Shown: positions 41,331 to 55,083, counted from the first letter of the stretch. The stretch is 64,000 nucleotides of DNA from Octopus vulgaris (GCA_951406725.2 OX597822.1:43710001-43774000); one strand, 5' to 3'. Notes: generated by a model from the letters alone, not told the origin. Numbers and translations are program-made.

Positions 41331-43528
41331 ATGGGTCTTGTCCATTATTACAATGGCTCGTCCTTGGTCAGTTTCTTTAATGACTATAGATGGTCTTCTT
41401 GTAGACATTGTAATGCTTTTTGTTCCTCATCTGTAATATTTTGTTTTACAGGGTTTGCTGGAATATACACACTAACATATATATTGGAGGTGATTTAAAC
41501 GTAATATATGTTGATAAAGCAACGCTGCAGATTTTAAGGTTTGGAATCGCTGTATTCGACTTGCAACTCCTCGATCAATCCTTACATTACTCCGTTGTTG
41601 TCAACTCAGATAAATCCACAGCAGATACACAAGACGGGATCACATAGCAATTTGTTTGAGATCGGCAGCCTTCTGCTTTCCCTTTTTTTCTGAACTCATT
41701 TCTTTTCTCTGAAAATTGCACTGAACATGAATCTATTCCGCTTGTTTGTTCTTTCAATTTGGATATCTTAGGAGATACAATCGACAGTGCAATGGGAACA
41801 AAGATGACACCAACTGCAGTCTGGAGTTTTCTATTATATTGTGTTCTCCATCTGTATTACTGTCAGCCGCCCTCTTTCATCTTATCTTTCCCTTGTAAGA
41901 ATGTCCTCAAGTGGCCATTACTTCCACCCATCGAGCATTCGGACCTTTTCACCTTGCTCCATTAGTCTGATTTACCTTTTCATGGCTTCCTAAATAGGTT
42001 TACTCAGTAATTGCCTATCGTCAACAGAGTGTCATCAGAACCAGGAAGTCCATACTGACCATATCCACCTTCATGTTACTGCAAGTCAGCATCCAGCTGA
42101 CCATGTTTTTCTGTTATCGCTTCCTCAGGAGAAAAGATAGAGTTTATAGCTATTTATAGAACTCTCGAGTCTATTGGGTGCGAGAAAGGAATTTTTCTTC
42201 AAGCAGATATTTCACCCGAATCTTCATAATATAGTGGACACTCTCGAAAGCACTCAAGCTGCCCCGGGTGACGCTTTATGCTTATTACCGGTGGGAAAAT
42301 ATGGCAAGAAACCTAGATTCGTTTTCTGTAATGCTGTATCTGTTCACGACCGTCTTTGGACACAAGAGAACGACATCGTCTCTCACATCAGCCAGAGCTG
42401 TATCAAAGTCTTCCTTGCTGTTTGAGAAACTAATGTTTACCATCTTCAACTTCACTATTTCCTGCATAAATTCATAGGAAAGGGATATAATTTTGTGACG
42501 TACGGTTACAATCGGTGTTCCTTGTTCGGAATGGACTCTAACCGATATTAAGTGCAAATCTAGTCTTGAATGATTTATTGCGGTAACTGGTTCTGCTTAT
42601 GGCCACTTAATTTTATATTTAGGATATTTCCCCTTTGACAAATTGTAACTGGCAGCGCTAATAACGGAGTCCCAATACTTTTGTCACTGCTTTATCTTCA
42701 CTCATCTTTCATTTGTAAATATTTCTGAGATTTCAAATATTTGTGGCCGTATTTTCTGCTACCACCTATACGGCAAATGCCTCATCCTACTACATCAGAA
42801 ATAGCCATATTGGCACACAATATACACAAAGCTAAATGGATGCTTGCGATAAAAGAAAATATGGATAGCCATAAAAATGTCTCTGGACAAACATTCTTTT
42901 CTTCATCGGCGTAATGGAAGTACGTTCAAATATGCCAAACTCCTTTGTCGGCGATCAGAGAGAACACAATAAATCTACCATTTTTCTCCATCAACTAAAG
43001 CTGCAAGAAAATATGTTTTAAGCGGGCAAATTTGATACGTGATCGTTCGCAACAACAGGGACAAGAAAAAACTGATCGTAACAATAGCAACAAATACAAC
43101 ATCAACGACAATAATAATAGCTATAATATTAATGATGATTGTGATAATATTAATGGATGACGTCCAATGCCAACTGGGAAAAGAGGGAGGAGCATATGTC
43201 AAGAGCTGAAACGTTTCAGGAAGAAAAAACTGTGACATGAAAAATGACGACAGAAGTATAAAATATTGTTGATAGCAATGGTGATAATGAAATAACATAC
43301 TTACATACATGTTATATGTATGTGTGATATTTTAGACATATACACACGCACACATACATACATGCATACACATACACACACGTATACATACATGCGTATA
43401 TGTACGTGCATACAGATATATAAGTATGAGTACGTATTTAAATATATATATATATTCATAGATATATATGATTATATACATACATATATATCTATGTATA
43501 CACACACACATATATATATATACATATG

Positions 43529-43641
<113 letters not shown>

Positions 43642-43906
43642 GTATGTATTTATGCATGTATGTATATATAACGACGTATATAGATGTAAAGATGTGTACG
43701 GTGAGTGAGTCAAAAACACCAAATAAAGAGTGGCGAATCTACAGAAAACAGTTAAATCATCAGCATTTGAATTCATAGATAATGGAATACACACACACAC
43801 AGAGGCACACACACACATATGTATACATATTTATGTGTGTGTATGTGTGTGTGTGTTGTGTGTCGATTGCGTTATTTATGTATCCAAATACTTATGACAT
43901 ATGTGG

Positions 43907-43940
<34 letters not shown>

Positions 43941-44147
43941 CTGTGGGATGTATGTATGTGTGATAAACGGAGTAGAAAAGAGAAAGTGAATGATATATAG
44001 ATAGTTAGCAAGGTAGATATGGGCGTATGTTAGTGCGAATGCATAAAAATATTATATATATGCAGACGTTAACGAATATTGTTGGTTGTTTATTTGCCCA
44101 TATAAATGTATGTGGGTACATATACGTGTGTGTGACACACACGCACG

Positions 44148-44192
<45 letters not shown>

Positions 44193-45504
44193 CGATAAAT
44201 AGATATAGATATATATATATATACATACATATAAGCACATATTTATGTATATTTATATGTACATACACACATTATATAGATATGTATATGTATATGTTTA
44301 TGTATATATGTATATATATATATATGTAGCTGTCTCTGTTTTCGTGCGCATGAGGAAGTGCTACTGGAAAATAAAACCATCATCATCATCATCATCATCA
44401 CCGTCAGCCTCACCACCACCACCACCACCTCCACCACCACCACCAACAACAACAACTACAAGGACATCGTCGACCAAAAGAAGGAACATAAACACAACAA
44501 ATTTGATAAGAATACAAAACAACAAAAGCTATGGAATAAAAATGTGTGATATCCGAAATCGATAACTACGAAAAGAATGACAATGCTTGTTTTTATTCGG
44601 AATAAATTTACATGATATATCTCTGTGCCAGCTTATAGGATATCGTGTTAGGTATCCAACTTGTATCGCACCGATTCTTTATCTGAGTACATGTTTGTAT
44701 TGAACACGTCCTTACGTATGGTTTCGTGCGTACCATATAAATCTGCTTTATTGTGTGTTCTTAGATTAGTCTACAATACCTGTAGTTTCGGCTTTTTCCT
44801 TTTTTGCTTTTTATTATTAAAATATTTTCTGGAATAGGTTCAGGTGTGGATGTGTGGTAAAAAGTTTGCCCTCCCAACCATAAGATTCCGAGATCGCTCC
44901 CACTGTGTGGCAATTTGGGAGAATGTGTTCTGCTATAGCTTTGTCAGTGGATTTGCTAGACGAAAATTGAAAGACGTCTAGGGCGCAATTCTTTTACCAA
45001 AAAACCGTGTAACCTTATACAAACTGGTTACCCCAACCGCTAAGGATACCTCAAGCAGGTACTTCACTCCCTCACCACTCCTCCGGCCTACAAGAGCATG
45101 TTCAGAGTAGACCCATTCACATGGTTCATCCTCGCCACATTCACCTACCTTCAAGAAGAATACTCGCCAACCTCACTTTCCTTTTCAAGTGGAACTTGAT
45201 CCTTTCTATTCATGATAGGTAAAAGACATGAAATTCCTGGAAAAGGAGCTGGTTGATTATATCGACACATCTCTCAGTTGGGACTTATTTTGTCGCTCAC
45301 GAAGTAATGAAATACATCCTCCAGTTTACTTGGCAGTTGTTTGACATCCTTCCCTCCAGCGACTGTTTTGCTTCCTAACACACACATATGCAACCGTGCA
45401 CTCATACAGAAACTCACAAACACACACGCACGCACACACACATATACGCATCTGCATACATCTACACATTGCGAGATAATTTTTGTCCTCCTCCGGCACC
45501 TTGC

Positions 45505-45869
45505 TTTACAACATGGTTCCAGGTTCATTCCCACTGCGTGGCACGTTGTGTAAGTGTCTTTTACTATAGCCTCGGGCCGACCAAAGCCTTGTAAGTGAAT
45601 TTGGTAGACGGAAACTAAAGAAGACCGTCGTATATATGTATTTATATATATGTACATGTGTGTATATGTTTGTGTGTCTGTTTTTATCCCCCAACATCGG
45701 TTGACAACCTATAGTGGTGTGTTCATGTTTCCGTAACTTAGTGGTTCGGCAAAAGACACCGATACAATAAGTGCAAGGCTTTCAAAGAATAAGCCCATGT
45801 GGTCGACTTGCTTCACTAAAGGAGGTGCTCCAGCATAGCCGCAGTCAAATGCCTGAAACAAGTAAAAGA

Positions 45870-45870
<1 letters not shown>
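45505..45870 (+). mobile_element. Family A SINE
   Basis: acatggttccaggttcattcccac...ggtgctccagcatagccgcagtcaaatgcctgaaacaagtaaaaga. Confidence 0.85.
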
Positions 45871-45933
<63 letters not shown>

Positions 45934-45938
45934 TTGTA

Positions 45939-47352
45939 GGATCTTTTCCTTTTGATGGACGAAATTCAACTCAATTTCTAGTTAACTAAACAATTTGAAA
46001 CTTCGTATACTGGTAGAATGTGTCAAAAGAAAACATTATTTTCACTTGGCTTTTTTGAGAAAATTGTAATTTGTAAGTTTAACGTAGTTTAATTCTTCGA
46101 ATTTTAACCAATGAATTGCCAGCATTTTAGCTCAAATCATTTGCTGCGTTATCGATATTGATAAACAAACGAGGAGGCATGTGCTAGAAATAACAGCCAT
46201 ATCTCTTAAATAACAAAAGGAAAAGATCCCAAACGCATACAAACACTTGCATATACAAGCGCGCCTGCATATAGAAGTAAATATACATACACACGCACAC
46301 ACAGACAAATATACATATACATACACAAAGATACATGCTTATACGCACATACGCACGCCGCATACACACACACATATATTCAGATACGTACACACGTACA
46401 CTTACACACACACACTGTCACTCACAGATACAAACGTACACACAGATACAAACGTACACACACATACAAACGGAGATATACATACACACACATACGCACA
46501 CAAGCATACATACACGTTCGTGAGTTCGCACTGGTGTCGATAGAATCGACTTCATACTTTTGTATCTCATGCTTTGTCCCCTTTGTGTTTTGCCCCTTGC
46601 CGGAACAAATTTACACAAAAGGTAAATAAACCAGAAATGTTTCATTGTTTCGGGGTCGATAAATTAAGTACCAATTACGCACTGGTGTCGAGGATTTTTT
46701 ATCCCAATTTATATCACAGCCTCCGACAAGCTGGGGCATCCTTTTATGAAAAAATATTTCGCAAATTTTTACAATACGATCCACACTCCACGCGCACCCT
46801 CATAACCCACTCTAGACAGATTTAGGCATATTATTGTTTTGTTTTTGTTGTTTTGGGCCCTTCAAAACCATGGGAGAAGCCTTTTCGGTAAAAAAAAAAT
46901 AAAGAAGATATTCAAAAAATATCGTTAATATTTTTATTGGGCGACGAAATTCATCGATTTAAGAGATATGGCTGTTATTTCTAGCACATGCCTCCTCGTT
47001 TGTTTATCAATATCGATAACGCAGCAAGTGCGGATGACTAAAAGAGTGAGACAGACAGAAGAGAGAAGGATGAATAACACGTGTGTGTGTGTGTGTGCGC
47101 GCGTTGTTTACGTTGTAACAGGATGTTGTCTGAATTTTTAGACGCAGCAAATGATTTGAGCTCAAATGCTGGCAATTCATTGGTTAAAATTCGAAGAATT
47201 AAACTACGTTAAACTTACAAATTACAATTTTCTCAAAAAAGCCAAGTGAAAATAATGTTTTCTTTTGACACATTCTACCAGTATACGAAGTTTCAAATTG
47301 TTTAGTTAACTAGAAATTGTGTTGAATTCCGTCCATCAAAAGGAAAAGATCC
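45939..47352. mobile_element. TIR element (MITE-like) with about 210-bp inverted termini and TA target duplication
   Basis: ta-GGATCTTTTCCTTTTGATGGAC... versus ...GTCCATCAAAAGGAAAAGATCC-ta. Arms 45939-46148 and 47142-47352 are nearly identical. Confidence 0.85.
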
Positions 47353-47964
47353 TATATGTATGTATATATATACGACAGGCTTCTTTCAGTTTCCGTCTAC
47401 CAAATTCACTATAGCAGAAGACACTTGCCTAAGGTACCACGCAGTGGGACTGAACCCAGAACCATGTGGTTGGTAGGTATCTGTCTGTGTGTTGTAACTT
47501 GGCGCATTAGGGTCGTGATTTTTGAATTGGGTCAGAGATTCTACCGAGGAGGGTCTGGTATAAGTAATTTTTTCCTAAGAGTAAAACAAAAAATTTTGGA
47601 GTTTGATTTTATATGATCTCTATTCTATAGAAAAAGTATTCGAGTACTAAATATTTAATGCTCAACTAATCAATATAATTTTGATTTTATATCATCTTTC
47701 ATTGAATATATTTTGATAGTCAAACAATTCTTCAATATCAAAAGAAAAATGTATCTTATTGAGTTTATTTCTTTGAAAAATGGCCATTTGTCAAGTTGCC
47801 TTAGGTGTTCAGTTTTTCAGTCCTAGCTTTGAAGTACTTAAAATATTTGAAGTCGTGAATAGATTTGTTCCTTTCCTGCTTTGATGGAGTATTTATTATT
47901 TAAAAGTCTCTATCGGTTTACCTTTTCATAAAAGTTGACTCAACTTTTAACTTCGTAAATTATG

Positions 47965-48395
47965 TTTCAGGCTATTTTCAATTCGGTGTCTTGCCTACTC
48001 TTACAAATTATGAATAATCTTGGCCAGTGACCGAGATAATACGACCGCGAATACAAGCGGAACAAATGGGGTTCCTCCGAAGGGTCTTTTAGAGTATCAT
48101 TACTCGATAGTTTGCCTAGATTGGAGATCAGAGAGGCGCTCCAAGTAGAACCACTACTTCTTCGAACCGGGAATTCACAACACCGATACAACAGGCTTGC
48201 TGCAGGAAATGATCGCTGGACAGGATTTAAGGGCAAAGACTAACCTCCGGTAGAATATACTGGTTCGATAACATCTATGATAGCGGTTGGTCTCACTTGG
48301 AGATCCAGCCGGATCAATTGGAGACGATTGTTTCTGACAGGACCCGACAAAAGGCGTTTTTGAGAACACTGCCCTCACGACCCTCCCAGGAATAT
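47965..48395 (+). pseudogene. RTE-clade (Expander/Rex3-like) LINE 3' fragment
   Basis: Plus-strand translation SWPVTEIIRPRIQAEQMGFLRRV..VSLLD...EIREALQVEPLLLR and WFDNIYDSGWSHLEIQPDQL...LRTLPSRP resembles the RTE ORF C-terminus. Confidence 0.78.
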
Positions 48396-49589
48396 ATGGT
48401 CGAGGAAGATGCAATATTACAATTTCAGCGGCTGCATTTGATCCTCTCAACCAGTATTTGATCCTCAAAAGACGAGAGGTTGGCAAAATATCAAACTCAC
48501 TATCTTCAATTCGGTTTTAACTTCTTTAATGAATAATACAAAGTGATTATAATAGCATGGCTATAATCCTTAAACCTAATTTTAACAGGTTAGGGTATCA
48601 AAAAATTTAAACTGATGATTCAGTGGAAACATCATAGTATGTGATTGTCATCAATATAAAAAAAATATATGCTTGGCTTAATGAGCAGTGGCATAGCTAG
48701 GGTAAACCGTGTCCAGTGGCATATCTAGGGCAAACTGATATTACAAAATCCTCAAGATTACATAGTACTTACTTATTACAAGTAGTTCATGTTTTAAAGC
48801 AATATCTTAGGAATAAATACCTTACTAGTGTTCATTTACCTGCCGGTTCGGTACAGCCTGTAATTTAAAATATATTATTTGAATATTTACTTGTACGAAA
48901 CCTCATTATTTTAACCGCTAAATACACCAACTTTCCCGATTGAGACATTAAAAAACCCTAATGTGTGAAATGTGATGTAATAATAAATAAAGCAATCGTT
49001 TAAAGTCTCATCTTTCTTGCTTTTGATGAGGTGCCCCTTCAATATGCACTCCTCTTCATTCAGCTCCCCGTGCACTTGCCTCCCTTGCCCCCTACTAACG
49101 TTACTGCTAATGACATATAGAAGAATCAAAGATCTTGTATGCCAATTGCATGGCGCTAACTTTGATTGAGTGGGGAACTGTGGAGAAAGTGCCTTAACAG
49201 GGAAATGTTCTGTATTACAGGTCTAGTGCTAGACGTCATAGTATGTCCACAATGATCAATATCTGTATTTATATAAATGATGTACGCTTGAAGTACGACA
49301 GTTATAGCTCTTCAATAAATAATGTCAATAAAAATATATATCAGAATGAAATCAGTAATTAAGTAGAAATTATCACATTGTGTCCTCGAAAGAATTGTCA
49401 CATTATGACCGCGTTGCAACGAGTGAAACCTGTTGAGAAAATATTCTTTTCTACTCTAGCTACAAGGCCTGACATTTTTGGGGAGAGGGCCAGTAGATTA
49501 GATCGACTTCAGTAGACAACTGGTACTTAGTTTATCGACTCTGAAATGATGAAAGGTAAAGTTGACTTCTATAGAGAAAATATTTTAAA

Positions 49590-50172
49590 TGTGAGGTATA
49601 CTTGCCATCTTAATATGGCTAACCACTAAGGGTGGGTGTTACTCTAGCTTGTAACCCCAGGAGAACATCGCCTCCTGCTGGCTTTAGGCACACTTTCTGT
49701 GCCCTTATAGTATTTGCAAAGGGAGGTCATCCTTCCCTCGTCAACCTAAGTCATACGCCCGGACAGCAGTTTCGAGCTATTGACCTGTCCACAGCGTACG
49801 AAAATCACCGGTTTTCGATGAAAAGAGTCCCAATGCAAATACTTATATCGTTTTTCCAGTAACTTTTCGTCACTGATCTCGAAAAACTGTATGCAAGCAA
49901 TAATAAATCTCTGAACAAGGTATAAACAGTAACTGCACGACAATGTGAGGTATACTTGCCATCTCAATATGGCTAACCACTAATGGTGGGTGTTAGTGTA
50001 GGTTGTAGCCCCAGGAGAACATCGTCTCCAGCTGGCTTTAGGCACACTTTCTGTGCCCTTATAGTAAGTGCAAAGGGAGTTCATCCTTCCCTCGTCAACC
50101 GAAGTGATACGCACGGACTGCAGTTTCTAGCTATTGACCTGTCCTCAGCGTACGACAATCACCGGTTTTCTT
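49590..50172 (-). mobile_element. Tandem 354-bp retrozyme-like repeat (about 1.65 units), one HHR per unit
   Basis: tgtgaggtatacttgccatct starts at about 49590 and 49944. HHRs lie at 49756-49800 and 50110-50154. Confidence 0.8.
50110..50154 (-). ncRNA. Type I hammerhead ribozyme with canonical core
   Basis: CGTACG-CTGAGGA-caggtcaatagcta-GAAAC-TGCA-GTC-CGTGCG. 6-bp stem I, palindromic UGCA loop III, GUC triplet, weak stem II. Confidence 0.72.
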
Positions 50173-50359
50173 TGTCACGCTGAATCCCCCCTTGAACTAC
50201 GTTAAGGGTAACGTGTCTGTGAGGTGCTCAGCCACTTGCACGTTAATTTGACGATCAGGCTGTTCCCTTGTTTGGATCAACTGGAACTCTCATCGTCGTA
50301 ACCGACGGAGTTCCACGATGGATGTATGTTTGTCCTGACAGCTATTTATTTTATTTTTG

Positions 50360-50542
50360 AATTCTTTTATTTGTTTCAGTCATTCTGGAGCACCGCTTTT
50401 AGAGGAGAAAATCGACCACAGGACTTATTCTTTGGAAGCCAAATACGTATTCTATCGATTTCCTTTGCGGAACCGCTACGTTACGGGGATATAAATACAC
50501 CAGCATCAGTTGTCAAGCGATGTTAGGGGGACGCACACACAG

Positions 50543-50582
<40 letters not shown>

Positions 50583-50755
50583 ACGCACTCGCACACATAC
50601 ACACACATATACATACACACATATATGACGGACTTCTTTCAGTTTCCGTCTACCAAATCCACTCACGAAGCTTAGCTTGGCCCGAGTCTATAGTAGAAAA
50701 CACTTGTCCAAGAGGCTATGCAATGGGACTGAAACCGTGGTTGGTAAGCAAGCAC
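50360..50755 (-). mobile_element. Family A SINE
   Basis: Shared body motifs. Confidence 0.8.
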
Positions 50756-51054
50756 AGAGTTACTGCTGCTGCTATGTGAAACTTTTTGTTTAACAAAAGA
50801 TATGTTGATTCACCCGCTTACAATCTCATCACAATTTTAATTTTATTAATATTGATATATTTCATTCTCAATGTTTTTTTTTATTTTTATTTTATTTATT
50901 TATTGATGTATTTATTTTGCAAGGTAGTGAAAATACACGAATCAAATCAGATTCTCGGCACATAACCACAACAAATCTCCCTTTCTCTCTGTCTGCGTCT
51001 CGCTCTGTGTATGAATATGTACATACCTATACATACATAATACATACACATACA

Positions 51055-51098
<44 letters not shown>

Positions 51099-51231
51099 CA
51101 TACATGAATATACATATACATACATATATATATAATACATATATATACATACATATATATGTATATATATACATTTATATATATGTATATATATATGTGC
51201 GTGTGTATATATATGTATGTATTTAATATGC

Positions 51232-51267
<36 letters not shown>

Positions 51268-51285
51268 ATATGTATGTGTTTAATA

Positions 51286-51356
<71 letters not shown>

Positions 51357-51791
51357 AAGACGGTGATTGCGTGGATGTTTGTAAATATGAAGCGAAGTAA
51401 TGCGTTGCACAAACTTACAATGTTATGCATATCATATAAATATGCATCATTTCACAAAGCTAGACAAATGTCTAAAATATTTTTCTATTTAAAAAATCGA
51501 AGCGAGGCTGATAAATGACACCAAATATATAAACGTGCGGCACTCATGCCAAATGCCTGAAGCAAATGACAGCTACATATGTTACAGGTATATACATTGT
51601 GTACATATTAGTGTAATGTATGCGTAAATAAATGTACTTAAGTGTTGGTGTGTATGTACACAGCTGCATACACACACACACACACACAAACACACACAAT
51701 TAAACACACACACATATATATGTAACTATGTATACACACATACGCAAATATATATACACATAGGTATATTCATACATTTTGTGTAGATAAG

Positions 51792-51833
51792 GACTGTTGC
51801 TTAGTGTTTCGCGTTCCTGTTCGTCAGACAGTC
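51792..51833 (-). ncRNA. Hammerhead motif, same family as 12801 (third, stem II-deleted copy at 53027-53064)
   Basis: GACTGT-CTGACGA-acaggaacgc-GAAAC-actaa-GCA-ACAGTC. All three copies share the adjacent sequence gtattcgagtactattt. Confidence 0.62.
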
Positions 51834-51899
51834 ACAATATTACTCTAGCTTTGGTATTCGAGTACTATTTGCCCCTTGTTTTGCACTGAGGTGCTCACA

Positions 51900-51940
<41 letters not shown>

Positions 51941-51943
<3 letters not shown>

Positions 51944-52426
51944 TAGTTATCGCCATACTAATATGGCAGTCTTATAAATATAAGACTAACGCTGTCGCTG
52001 ATTAGCTCCAAGAGGCCATCGCCTCAAACTAGCTATTTGACACACAACCTGCGTCCATTATAAACCTTCGAACAGGGGAGGTCAGCCGCTTCATCCTGCC
52101 AGTCAGACATGTTTCAGGGTATTTGCCCTTTATCAATGCAGTGTAGTCAGACCCAACAGGTGTCGCTACTGACTGTCCCTGTTCGAAGAATCTATTTACC
52201 TAGTTTCAGTGGAATACATCCACTTGTTTTCAATAATAGAAATATTAAAATTACTAAGTCTCTCCAAAGGAGATTACGGCAGCGTTACTGGAAATTAATA
52301 GTTATCGCCATACGAATATGGCAGTCTTATAAATATAAGACTAAAGCTGTCGCTGATTAGCTTCAAGAGGCCATCGCCTCAAGCTAGCTATTTGACACAC
52401 AACATGCGTCCATTATAAACCTTCGA
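51941..52426 (-). mobile_element. Tandem 355-bp retrozyme-like unit (about 1.4 copies) with a degenerate HHR
   Basis: taatagttatcgccatac starts at 51941 and 52296. Minus strand 52104-52138 reads ca-TTGATAA-AGGG caaata CCCT-GAAAC-AT-GTC-tg. Confidence 0.75.
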
Positions 52427-52956
52427 GGTTTTTCACGCTAACTACTGATAATTTCTTATAAAGATTTTATCCTTATTTTTAAATTTATATTTTTCACCGG
52501 AATAGTTCAATACTGAATTTTTGTTCCGAGTAGGCAAGTTGTTACCGAAATGCATTACGAAAAAGCCCGCCATTTTCATAGATATGTAAAGATAAACATT
52601 CGTACATGCTGCGGCGAATTCTACGGTTGGTTATCGGGTATGTGATGTTGTGTTTTTTCTTATATGTCTTGAGTCCGTTGCACTGAAGAGCAGAGAATGC
52701 ATATTCTGCATTGATTGCGAAATCACAGGTGATATGTAACTAAATTCTGTTTTTAAATGACTCGCTTTGAAGTTTATGTTAGTAGTTTTGACTGCAAAAG
52801 TCCCTCCTAGCGTGCGGTACCTATGAATAATAGTACCCTCTATATAATATAAATAAGTATTTTCGAAATTGAAAAAAATTACAGATTTTTTCTCTTACGA
52901 GGTTTTTCACGCTAACTACTGATAATTTCTTATAAAGATTTTATCCTTATTTTTAA
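52424..52956 (+). mobile_element. 474-bp unit with about 59-bp terminal direct repeat and a canonical HHR, followed by (TA)n
   Basis: cgaggtttttcacgctaactactgataatttcttataaagattttatccttatttttaa occurs at 52424 and 52898. Confidence 0.8.
52677..52740 (+). ncRNA. Intact canonical type I hammerhead ribozyme
   Basis: GTTGCA-CTGAAGA-GCAG(agaat gcat attct gcattga)TTGC-GAAA-TCAC ag GTGA-TA/-TGTAAC. All three stems pair, and cleavage is predicted after the A at 52734 (AUA triplet). Confidence 0.8.
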
Positions 52957-54771
52957 TATATATATATATATATATATACACTTTATTATTATCAAAGCTG
53001 CAAAAACGTCGGGAAAATATCACAAGAAACTGCTATTCAGAGTTTCACGTTCGTCGGACAGTTTTAATTAATGATATAGTATTTTACTATAATGATATAG
53101 TATTTTACTCTACCTCCGGTATTCGAGTACTATTTTCCCCACCTTGCTTTACATTTACGTGCTTACTTTGGCCTATATATATTGTGTGTGTGTATATCTA
53201 TCTATCTATCTATCTATCTATACACATATATATGTTTTGTGTGTAGGTGTTTTGCTGTCTATGTTTGTCCCACAATCGCTTGACAATCGATGTTGATGTG
53301 TTAACGTCCTGTAACATAGCGGTTCAGCAAATGACGCCTATAGAATAAGTACTAGTCTTACAAAAAATAAGTTTTGGTTGTCGATTTCTTCCATCGAAAA
53401 CAAACCCCTTTAAGGCGGTGCTCCAGCATGGCCGCGGTTAAATAACTAAAACATGTAAACGAATAAAAGAATAAAAGAATATATATTCGTTCGTAGCCCC
53501 ACCCTCAGCCACTCTCTACCTCTGCTCATAAACCATTAGTAATATTTCACTTCCCCGTCCCCGATGCGCAATATTTCACCCTGTCATCATAACGCAAAAG
53601 CTGAGGTCCTTGATCCATTGTATCAATTGACCTTCCAATCCCACAATAATTCATCCCAAGCCTTGAAAAATATCTATTTTTCTGTGGTTGGATGAAGAAT
53701 GCAGTACTGCGAGCAGCTAATGACATTTTCTCTCTAGTTTTCCCCAATTCCGCTGAATTAGTTCCACAAATTCTGTTTTACTCATAATTGCTTCGCTCTC
53801 AGATTAAGGGGCCAAACTAACGAAAGGTTATAATTTGCAATTCTTACGTGAAATATAGTTTATCAATATTTCGTATTTGACATTGGCTAATTTTCTTGGA
53901 TTCTGGATTATATTGACCAATTTTAACATCAAATTGATAAAGAGAAGCTTTACAGGAGTAGTATTTTGTTGGTGAATAAAGTTTTGTTTTTCTTTTTTCT
54001 TGTTATAAACAAGTGGTAACTAATATGCTTGAATGAGTTACGGAACCAAAGAGTTATTGCAAACGCTATCAATAAATTTGCAACTATTAAACTCTTCTCT
54101 TTCGCTGAGACCCGTTTTCAATTTCTATGCGTTTCAAATATATTTATCTATAAGCATGCATATACATAGATATATGTTATGTGTGTGAAGGCACATATTT
54201 CAATGGCTGGAGCGTTGGGCTCACAAATATGAGGTAGTGAATTCGATTCCCGGACCGGGCTGTGTGTTGTGTTCTTCAGCAAGCCATTTTATTTCTCATC
54301 AAACACACGATGATAAGATAAGATTCATCATCGAAACGGGTAATATTCTATATTTTCTTTATATAATTTTATAGTTATAAATAGAAGTTATGAACAGAAG
54401 TAAACGAACGGAGATACGACTGTGTAAAGATGAATTGCGATGTCCCTGGTGCCAAGCTGTATCGCTCTTTATCTTTCCCTTGTACATCATCAGTGACATG
54501 GTGAGTTGAGGTTGGTATGCAAAGGCGACTTCTGGTCTTCCATAAAAGCAACCTTGCTCAGACTTCCTCTCGGAGGAGAAGTTTTTTTTCTATCACTATA
54601 TCTAACACCTCCCGTTCTTTCGTTTCGGGGGGCCTTACCTCAGGTTATAACATAAACATTGCTTTCTTTCCCGACTCAGAGATTTTAAAACACTGTATGC
54701 ATATGTATATGAGAGTGTGTGAGCACGTGCGCGCGTGCATGTGTGTACACGTGTGTATGTGTGGTAGTTAA

Positions 54772-55083
54772 AGCGCGTGGTTAAAACATTTGGCTCAAGA
54801 TCTTAAGATCGCGAGTACGATTCCCGGCCGCACTTTGTTTCCTTGAGCAAGACTCTTTATTTCACGTTGCTCCAGGATACTCACCTGGGAAAAATGAACT
54901 GTACTTGTAATTCAAAAGAGTCAGCCTTGTCACATTCTGTATGAAGTTGAATCTCTCTGAAAGTCTTCGTTAAGGATGCGCGTGTCTGTGAGGTACTCAT
55001 CCACTTGAAATTTAATTACACAAGTTGGTTGTTCCGTTGATCGGATCAACTGGAACCCTCCTCTTCGAAACCGACGGAGTGCT
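54772..55083 (+). mobile_element. SINE family C (CORE-like CCTTGAGCAAG motif); partial copies at 50175-50315, 59570-59755 and 63050-63255
   Basis: Shared tail gttccgttgatcggatcaactggaaccctc...accgacggagt and a tRNA-like head. Confidence 0.7.

Noticed and set aside
47967-48486. Minus-strand ORFs of 89 and 103 aa
   Set aside because: They are antisense to the plus-strand RTE LINE relic, which explains the region.
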